Origin: an uncultured Alphaproteobacteria bacterium
Lineage (GTDB): Bacteria > Pseudomonadota > Alphaproteobacteria > Sphingomonadales > Sphingomonadaceae
DNA: 64,000 nucleotides
NCBI GenBank assembly: GCA_963838735.1
Contig: CAWISG010000004.1
Coordinates: 83,928 to 147,927 of the forward strand
Reading direction: 5' to 3'
Below, piece by piece: positions 57,851 to 64,000 of the stretch. Positions within the stretch are counted from its first letter, which is position 1; every line of letters starts with the position of its first letter. A program made the position numbers and the translations under genes. A model generated the notes under the pieces. The model was not told the DNA's origin, did no database searches, and saw nothing but the letters and a program-made list of their open reading frames with translations.

Positions 57851-58084
57851 ATGAGCAACAGCAACAGCTTTCAGACTAGCCAGTATGTGAAATGGAACTG
57901 GGGCAACGGCACCGGCAAGGGCCAGATCGAAGACCGTTTCGAAGAAGAAGTCACCCGCACGCTGCAGGGCAGCGAAGTGACCAAAAACGGCGACAGCGAC
58001 AATCCTGCCTACCTCATCAAGCAGGAAGATGGCGACAAGGTCCTGAAACGCGGATCCGAACTCAGCGCCTGGGACAAGGACTGA
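57851..58084 (+). CDS. DUF2945 (Tudor-like) small protein
   Basis: 77 aa: VKWNWGNGTGKGQIEDRF...NPAYLIKQEDGDKVLKRGSEL resembles DUF2945. Confidence 0.75.
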   Translation: MSNSNSFQTSQYVKWNWGNGTGKGQIEDRFEEEVTRTLQGSEVTKNGDSDNPAYLIKQEDGDKVLKRGSELSAWDKD

Positions 58085-58094
58085 TGCCGGTTCG

Positions 58095-58430
58095 ATGACT
58101 GACGAAAAGCAGGAAACCTACGACGCATTTTACGATTGCGTGAACATGCAGCCCAAGGAAATCGAGGACTGGCTGGACACCGATCAGTCGAAATCGGTGG
58201 GCCAGGATAGTGGTGACGGTGAAAGCAAGGGGCGCAAATCGGCCAAGCGAATCATCGAAATCAAGCGTACCGATAAAGACGACCTGACCGACGATGATTA
58301 CGATCACATGAGCAAGGTCGTCGGCTACGTCCATCGCCATACCGCGCAGCGCCCCGATGGCGACGTCGAGGATTCCGACTGGCGTTACAGCCTAATGAAT
58401 TGGGGCCATGACCCCTGCAAGGATGACTGA
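58095..58430 (+). CDS. DUF3140 family protein
   Basis: 111 aa: FYDCVNMQPKEIEDWLDT..SKSVG...HMSKVVGYVHRH...WRYSLMNWGHDP resembles DUF3140. Confidence 0.75.
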   Translation: MTDEKQETYDAFYDCVNMQPKEIEDWLDTDQSKSVGQDSGDGESKGRKSAKRIIEIKRTDKDDLTDDDYDHMSKVVGYVHRHTAQRPDGDVEDSDWRYSLMNWGHDPCKDD

Positions 58431-58433
58431 CGA

Positions 58434-59711
58434 TCAATTCTTGCGCGAGATGACCGTTTCATAAGGCGCGGTGTCCGCCATTTCCTCAGCCGCACGCTCC
58501 GCCGCTCGCATGACCCGCATCATGTTGCCGAAACTTATCTGTTCCAACTGCGCCTGCGTATAACCGCGGCGCGCCAGCTCTGCGAACAGTGCGGGATAAC
58601 CCGAGACGTCTTCCATACCGACAGGTCCGGTAGGCATCCCGTCATAGTCACCGCCGATCCCGATGGCGTCCAATCCGGCAACACTGCGCACGTGGTCGAT
58701 GTGATCCGCCATATCCGAAATTGTCGCGAGCGGGAGCGGATTGGCCTCGTCCCATGCAATCATGCGAGACGATACGGCTTTGGGCTGCCCTTGCCATAAT
58801 GCCTGCAGACGCGCTTGCTCCGCCTGGCGATTGCCATACCATTGGCGGGCATCTTCATTCAGGAAGCCCGGCAACCCCACCACCATCACGATGCCCCCGT
58901 TTTGGGGCAGGCGCCGCAGCACAGTGTCGGGCACATTACGGGCGTGCCCGTTGATCGCACGCGCGCCGGAATGACTGAAAATGACCGGTGCGGTGGTCAC
59001 GTCCAGCACATCCAGCATCGTCGCCTCGCTAACATGACTAAGGTCGGCCAACATCCCCAGCCGGTTCATCTCGCGGATAACGTCGCGGCCAAAATCGGTC
59101 AGTCCGTCGTGCTCCGGCGTATCTGTTGCGCTGTCGGCCCAAGGCGTGTTTTTCGAATGCGTCAGCGTCATGTAACGCGCACCAAGAGCGTAAGTCTGTC
59201 GCAAAACGCCTAGGCTCGACCCGATGGAATGGCCGCCCTCCATTCCGATCAGAGAAGCAATCCGGCCATCCCCGCGCGCCTGCATGACATCGTCGGCGGA
59301 TAGCGCCAGCGACAGTTCGGCAGGATATTTGTCAATCAGCCGCTTGGTAACGTCGATCTGTTCGATCACCGTCTGTACCGCTTCGGGTTCGCTTAGGGCG
59401 GCCGACACATAAACCGACCAGAATTGCGCACCGACCTTTCCCTCGCGCAGTCGGATCAGGTCGGTATGCATGGTGCGGCCCTCCGAATGTCGGGCGCCCG
59501 TATCGGTCGTGTCCTCGAAATCGAAACTGGCAAGCTGGTTGTCGAACCTGGCGCGCAGCTGGATCGGCACGTCGTTGTGCCCGTCCCAGACCGGCGCCGC
59601 CTCCAGCGCAGCGGCCGCCACCTGTTCCGGCGTGCGGATAACCTGTGCAGCAACAGGCACTGATGTTCCCGCCAGCAGCGCGGCGGTCAGAAGATATCGG
59701 CTGGTGCGCAT
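58434..59711 (-). CDS. membrane dipeptidase (peptidase M19)
   Basis: WDGHNDVPIQLR, LTHSKNTPWADS, FSHSGARA. Has a signal peptide. Confidence 0.9.
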   Translation of the reverse strand: MRTSRYLLTAALLAGTSVPVAAQVIRTPEQVAAAALEAAPVWDGHNDVPIQLRARFDNQLASFDFEDTTDTGARHSEGRTMHTDLIRLREGKVGAQFWSVYVSAALSEPEAVQTVIEQIDVTKRLIDKYPAELSLALSADDVMQARGDGRIASLIGMEGGHSIGSSLGVLRQTYALGARYMTLTHSKNTPWADSATDTPEHDGLTDFGRDVIREMNRLGMLADLSHVSEATMLDVLDVTTAPVIFSHSGARAINGHARNVPDTVLRRLPQNGGIVMVVGLPGFLNEDARQWYGNRQAEQARLQALWQGQPKAVSSRMIAWDEANPLPLATISDMADHIDHVRSVAGLDAIGIGGDYDGMPTGPVGMEDVSGYPALFAELARRGYTQAQLEQISFGNMMRVMRAAERAAEEMADTAPYETVISRKN

Positions 59712-59797
59712 GAAATCCTCTTCATGTATAACGGCGGGCTGGATTACGGGCCTGTGTGCTTCTACCCGATTTCAGCGTGCAGGAAAGGAACCAATCA

Positions 59798-60088
59798 ATG
59801 CCGATGGAAGCCCGCTGGAATGGCGTAACGATCGCCCGGTCCGAGGACACGGTGGTTGTTGAGAGCAACCATTATTTCCCCGCATCCGATATCCACGACA
59901 CATTCCTGAAACCGAGCGACCACACCAGTTTCTGTCCATGGAAGGGCGAGGCCAGTTATTGCTCGCTTGTGGTCGACGGTGCCGTCAACGAGAACGCAGC
60001 GTGGGTTTATCGCGAGCCGAAAGAGGCGGCAAAACAGATCACCGGGCGGTATGCCTTCTGGAAAGGCGTGGAGGTTGTTTCGGCGTGA
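59798..60088 (+). CDS. DUF427 domain protein
   Basis: MPMEARWNGVTIARSEDTVVVESNHYFP....CPWKGEASYCSL....NAAWVYREP. RBS AGGAAAGGAA. Confidence 0.8.
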   Translation: MPMEARWNGVTIARSEDTVVVESNHYFPASDIHDTFLKPSDHTSFCPWKGEASYCSLVVDGAVNENAAWVYREPKEAAKQITGRYAFWKGVEVVSA

Positions 60089-60324
60089 ACGCTGAGGCGG
60101 TGCGCCAAGCTGTAAATGCCCTATTGGACGCGCGGCAGTCAGGGGCAACGATATGTCCCAGCGAAGTGGCGCGCGCTTTGTCCAAAACCGGATGGCGCGA
60201 CCTGATGCCTGATGTGCACGATGCGGTGGACGCGATGGTGGCGGAGCGTGCGGTGGCCATTAGCTGGAAAGGCCGGCCTCTTACTGCACGCAATGGCCCC
60301 TATCGCATCGGAAAGCCGACGTGA
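60085..60324 (+). CDS. DUF3253-like small protein
   Basis: GTG 60085 overlaps the upstream stop (GTGA). ICPSEVARAL...WRDLMPDVHDAVDAMVAERAVAISWKG. Confidence 0.65.
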   Translation: MNAEAVRQAVNALLDARQSGATICPSEVARALSKTGWRDLMPDVHDAVDAMVAERAVAISWKGRPLTARNGPYRIGKPT

Positions 60325-60752
60325 TCCGCACCGTTCTTCGCTGGCTGCTCGCCATCTTCTACGGTCTGGCGGGAGTCATCCATCTGGTCCGTCCCGAACC
60401 GTTTCTGCGTATCATGCCGGATGCGGTGCCGTTTCCCTATGAGGTCGTCCTGTTGACGGGTGTGGCGGAACTGGCGGGCGCCTTTGCCATCGCCCAGCCC
60501 TGGTCCCCCAAATTGCGCCGCGCCGGTGGTGCGGCACTAGCGATCTATGCGCTGTGCGTTTGGCCCGCCAATGTGAACCACATGCTTCTGGATTTGCGAG
60601 GCGCGATGGAGGGGCCGGGGCTTGCCTACCATTTGCCGCGTCTTGTTATCGGACAGCCATTGCTGATCTGGCTGGCGTTGTGGACCAGCGGATGCATTGG
60701 GGCACGGACTGGCGGAACGACACGAGCGCCGTTCCGCCGAAATCCGGAGTAA
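60321..60752 (+). CDS. DoxX-like membrane protein
   Basis: GTG 60321 overlaps the upstream stop (GTGA). Four TM helices, VAELAGAFAI. Confidence 0.65.
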   Translation: MIRTVLRWLLAIFYGLAGVIHLVRPEPFLRIMPDAVPFPYEVVLLTGVAELAGAFAIAQPWSPKLRRAGGAALAIYALCVWPANVNHMLLDLRGAMEGPGLAYHLPRLVIGQPLLIWLALWTSGCIGARTGGTTRAPFRRNPE

Positions 60753-60754
60753 CG

Positions 60755-61006
60755 TCAGCTAAGGTGCTTCGACACCGCAGCCGTCATCTTGAACATCGAA
60801 ATCTGATCCTTGCCGATTACGGCACCCAGCTTCGCGTCTGGATTGATCTGGCGCCTGTCCTTGCTGTCCTGAAGGTCATGCTTCTTGATGTATTCCCATA
60901 CCTTCGAAGTGACCTGCGCGCGCGTCATCGGGCCTTTGCCGATTACATTTTCCAGATCGCCCGATACGGTGACCGGTTTCTGCAATGCGTTGTTCTTACC
61001 TGCCAT
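60755..61006 (-). CDS. SWIB/MDM2 domain protein
   Basis: 83 aa: LENVIGKGPMTRAQVTSKVWEYIKKHDLQD..DRRQINPDAKL. Confidence 0.85.
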   Translation of the reverse strand: MAGKNNALQKPVTVSGDLENVIGKGPMTRAQVTSKVWEYIKKHDLQDSKDRRQINPDAKLGAVIGKDQISMFKMTAAVSKHLS

Positions 61007-61066
61007 AATGTGTTCCTTTCGTCTGGCACTTTACGTATTCGCCGCCCCCTCGTTCATTCGAGGTAT

Positions 61067-61675
61067 TCAGGCGTCGTCGTCCTCTACCCAACTTTCTTCC
61101 GACTCGGCCCTTTTATAGGTGCCGACCAATACCGCAGCAGCCATGATATGGCCCTCGATTGCCGCGACCAGCGTAGCACGGTCAATACCCGGCATCAGGG
61201 TCAACGGCAAATCGAGCGCGAATAGCTGGAAGACATAACGATGCGCCGTATCGCCATGCGCCGGTGCAGGAAGCAGCCATTCCGAGTTGCGCTGCGAATT
61301 CTTGCCGACGCGCGGCGGTGTCTCGCCTTCGAGCAACTGCCCCTTCTGCCCGGGCAACCCCCAGACCAGCCAGTGACAGGTCGGATCGTCCGCATTGTCA
61401 CCGGCCTTGCCATCGGCATCCTCGACGATCAGGACCATTTCCTGCGTCCCGGGCGGCGGCGCCGTCCACTCGAGCGGCGGCGCTACGGCATCTTCCTCGT
61501 CGGCGGTGAAGCATGGGTCCAGTTCCGCGCCGGGTGCAAACGCCGCGCTGCTCAGCGATAACCGCCCCTTGCCGAGCGTCTCGCCGGACGCGATGCGCGC
61601 GACCGCAAGGTGGCCCAAACCGTCGGACCGGCCTGAAATCGCTTCGGCCAACCAGCCTGGCGTGACCTGTGTCAT
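61067..61675 (-). CDS. YbhB/YbcL (PEBP, Raf-kinase-inhibitor-like) family protein
   Basis: PPLEWTAPPPGTQEMVLIVEDAD, HWLVWGLP, GDTAHRYVFQLFALD. Confidence 0.85.
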   Translation of the reverse strand: MTQVTPGWLAEAISGRSDGLGHLAVARIASGETLGKGRLSLSSAAFAPGAELDPCFTADEEDAVAPPLEWTAPPPGTQEMVLIVEDADGKAGDNADDPTCHWLVWGLPGQKGQLLEGETPPRVGKNSQRNSEWLLPAPAHGDTAHRYVFQLFALDLPLTLMPGIDRATLVAAIEGHIMAAAVLVGTYKRAESEESWVEDDDA

Positions 61676-61949
61676 TTGGCCTGTATCATTTGATCTGTGT
61701 CATCCGGTATTCCTGCATATCGTGAATTGTTCTAGGCAAGATAGACGGTCCGCACGAGGGTAAACTTGCTCCCGGAACCCCGTTTTCCCCCACTCACCTG
61801 CCGTTCAGCCCCGTAAAGCCAATGATACGGCACCTTTGTCGTGCAGCTCGCGAACCTTTGCAGCTTGCTAACCTCCCGTTTGCACGGCACTTTCGTTTTA
61901 TCTTGGCCGGATGTCCCGGCTTTCGACATCTCTGTGGAGTTATCACCCC

Positions 61950-63425
61950 ATGCCTATCGGTCGCACCGCCTTTTCCTTCACGTTGGCACCTGCAATGGCG
62001 CTCGCCCTTGCCGCCTGCGGCGGTGGCGATGGCGGCTTTACCGCACCTCCGGTCATCGGGGGCGGGGGCGGTGGCGGGGGTGGCACCCCCACCCCGACAG
62101 CTGGCTCCGGCACCTGCTCGCTTTCGGCGCGCCAGGACTTCGTGAAGGACGTGATCGACGAATGGTATCTGTTCCCCGACCTCGTCGACAACACGGTGCA
62201 GAAGTCGGCCTTCGGCGATGTGCAATCCTATATCGATGCGCTGGTGGCGCCGGCCCGCGCGCAGTCGAAGGACCGCAACTTCACCTTCATCACCTCGCTC
62301 GCCGAAGAGAATGCGTTCTTCGAAAACGGCTCCAGCGCCGGGTTCGGCATCCGTCTGGGCTATGACACGGGCGCGAACCGCGTCTTCGTTATCGAAGCTT
62401 TCGAAAGCGCCCCCGCTTTCCCGCAAGGATTCGACCGCGGCACCGAGTTGCTTTCCATCGGTACCAGCGCCGGCACGCTCGAAAGCGTTTCCGCCATTAT
62501 GGCTGCCGAGGGGCCGCAGGGCATCATCGACCGGCTCGGCCCGTCCGATCCTGGCGTCACTCGCGTTTTCGACATCCGCAGCCGCGCCGGAACCGAAACG
62601 CGTGTCACCGTGACCAAGGCTGACTACTCGCTGGATCCGGTATCGGACCGCTATGGCGCGAAGATACTGAACGATAACGGCAAGCAGGTCGGTTACGTCA
62701 ACCTGCGCACCTTCATCGACAGCGCCGACCCCGACCTGAAAGCGGCCTTTGCCAGTTTCCGGCAGGCAGGTGTTACCGAAGTCATCGTCGACTTCCGCTA
62801 CAATGGCGGCGGACTGGTCCGCATCGCCGAATTGATGGGCGACCTGCTGGGTGCCGACAAGGGGGGCCGCGTGTTCAGCCGGACGACGCTTCGCCCGAGT
62901 AAATCAAGCGAGAACGAAACCGATTTCTTCTCGACCCGGCCCGAAGCCATCGCTGCCACAAAGATCGCCTTTATCGGGCGAGGCGGCACGGCTTCGGCAA
63001 GCGAGCTGGTTACGAATGCTTTCATTCCCTACCTCGGCAACGACATGGCGCTGGTCGGCACCAACACGTTCGGCAAGCCGGTGGGCCAGTTCGGCTTCGA
63101 CCGCGAGGAATGCGACGACCGCTTGCGGGTGGTGACCTTCAAGACCGAAAACGCCGCCGGTCAGGGCGAATATTTTACCGGCCTGGCATCTGTGGTGCCT
63201 ACCACCTGTCAGGCGGCAGACGATATCAATGCGCAACTCGGCGATGCCGATGAAGCGTCCGTTGCTCAGGCGTTGTCATTCTTGCGCGATGGTGCCGCCG
63301 TATGCACGCCGATCGCGGGCAATGGCGATCAGGGCACCCTGAGCCGTCGCACGACTGAGCGGCGCGAATTGCTGCAACCTGTCACGCCGTCCACCGCACA
63401 GCGCGAAGTGCCTGGCTTGTTCTAG
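61950..63425 (+). CDS. S41 family peptidase lipoprotein
   Basis: Lipobox LALAAC after MPIGRTAFSF, a Gly8 run, VIVDFRYNGGGLV, and GTASASELV. The listed ORF starts at ATG 61911. Confidence 0.85.
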   Translation: MPIGRTAFSFTLAPAMALALAACGGGDGGFTAPPVIGGGGGGGGGTPTPTAGSGTCSLSARQDFVKDVIDEWYLFPDLVDNTVQKSAFGDVQSYIDALVAPARAQSKDRNFTFITSLAEENAFFENGSSAGFGIRLGYDTGANRVFVIEAFESAPAFPQGFDRGTELLSIGTSAGTLESVSAIMAAEGPQGIIDRLGPSDPGVTRVFDIRSRAGTETRVTVTKADYSLDPVSDRYGAKILNDNGKQVGYVNLRTFIDSADPDLKAAFASFRQAGVTEVIVDFRYNGGGLVRIAELMGDLLGADKGGRVFSRTTLRPSKSSENETDFFSTRPEAIAATKIAFIGRGGTASASELVTNAFIPYLGNDMALVGTNTFGKPVGQFGFDREECDDRLRVVTFKTENAAGQGEYFTGLASVVPTTCQAADDINAQLGDADEASVAQALSFLRDGAAVCTPIAGNGDQGTLSRRTTERRELLQPVTPSTAQREVPGLF

Positions 63426-63450
63426 GCTCGCCTTTACTTAAAAGCAGAAA

Positions 63451-63479
63451 GGGCGGCTGTCGAAGATCGACAGTCGCCC
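63451..63479. terminator. bidirectional rho-independent terminator hairpin
   Basis: GGGCGGCTGTCGA (63451-63463) pairs with TCGACAGTCGCCC (63467-63479), 13 bp with one G-T pair. It is flanked by an A-rich run upstream and TTCT downstream, and lies between convergent genes. Confidence 0.7.
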
Positions 63480-63504
63480 TTCTGGTATAGAAATGCAGAC
63501 GCTT

Positions 63505-64000
63505 TTAAGAGGGCATCAGCACTGTGTCGATGGCGTGGATGACGCCATTCGACGCGGCGACATCCGTTGCAGAAATCGTCGATGTATTGCCGGCTGCATC
63601 GGTAAGGATGACATTTTCGCCGTCCATCGATGCCGTCAGCACCGCGCCATTAACCGTGGTAAGTTCCGCCGTGCCTCCGCCATCGGTAATGGCCTGTGCC
63701 AATGCTGCGCCCGATGTGTTGCCTGCCACCACATGATAGGTAAGAATGCCGGTCAGGGTTGCCTTGCCTTCGTCGGACATCAATTCCGTCATAGTTGCCT
63801 CGTCCACCTTTTCAAAGGCGGCGTTGGTCGGTGCAAACACCGTGAACGGACCTTCGCCCGACAGTGTTTCGCCAAGGCCGGCCTGCGTTACGGCAGATAC
63901 CAGCGTGGAAAAGTCGGGATTGCCGCCAGCGACATCCACGATCGTGCCGGTATCGGCCATCGTATCGGTTGCAGGTTCCATCGTCTCGACCGGCTCGACC
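63505..64000 (-). CDS. fasciclin domain protein (N-terminus probably beyond the right edge)
   Basis: FTVFAPTNAAFEK, LTYHVVAG, NGVIHAIDTVLMP. The frame stays open to position 64000. Confidence 0.85.
   Translation of the reverse strand, partial: VEPVETMEPATDTMADTGTIVDVAGGNPDFSTLVSAVTQAGLGETLSGEGPFTVFAPTNAAFEKVDEATMTELMSDEGKATLTGILTYHVVAGNTSGAALAQAITDGGGTAELTTVNGAVLTASMDGENVILTDAAGNTSTISATDVAASNGVIHAIDTVLMPS

Noticed and set aside
61007-61066. Second EcfG-like promoter upstream of the SWIB gene (minus strand: TGAAC-N16-CGTA).
   Set aside because: It has two mismatches to GGAAC..CGTT, including the -10 element, so it is not distinguishable from chance.
62040-62100. GGC/GGT-rich run (Gly8) in the S41 peptidase gene, and the CC[AGT]AC[ACG]-type Pro/Thr repeat at about 56220-56300 in the S8 gene.
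   Set aside because: Both are in-frame low-complexity linkers directly after lipoprotein signals, so they are not independent DNA elements.

Overview
This is a high-GC segment of an alphaproteobacterial chromosome. Spot counts give about 65-70% G+C. Gene content and the intergenic repeat families suggest Sphingomonadales, but that is an inference. I support about 70 protein genes and one tRNA. I recognised no rRNA, CRISPR, transposase, integrase or phage genes. Core blocks are ybgC-tolQ-tolR-tolA-tolB-pal (32.6-37.1 kb), a hisB-hisH-hisA-hisF-hisE-HIT string (37.2-41.5 kb), spoT/rsh, hemF, infC, sspB, gmk and dapD. There are two lipid or xenobiotic catabolic blocks. The first (2.6-10.4 kb, minus strand) is an eight-gene operon joined by start/stop overlaps: P450, SDR, APH-like kinase, a small partner protein, TetR, histidine phosphatase, acyl-CoA synthetase and aldehyde dehydrogenase. 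A TonB-dependent receptor follows it; that gene is missing from the ORF track because it runs off the left edge. The second block (45.7-54.0 kb) holds three acyl-CoA dehydrogenases, an SDR, a Zn-ADH and a second APH-like kinase. The most unusual region is a lower-GC islet (11.3-16.1 kb) abutting tRNA-Ser(GGA). It carries a Gtr-like periplasmic glycosylation module: a GT2 polyprenyl-phosphate sugar synthase, a 644-aa GT-C-like membrane protein, an MprF-type flippase-like protein and a methyltransferase. Other points are three frame-disrupted genes (aldehyde dehydrogenase N-terminus, the flippase-like gene, a heavily decayed MFS/GPH transporter), a cargo-less 60-aa PEP-CTERM protein inside the his string, four families of REP/MITE-like palindromic repeats, an exact EcfG-type general-stress promoter motif, and an infC gene that probably starts at AUA. 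All functional calls come from motifs read by eye. No database search was possible.
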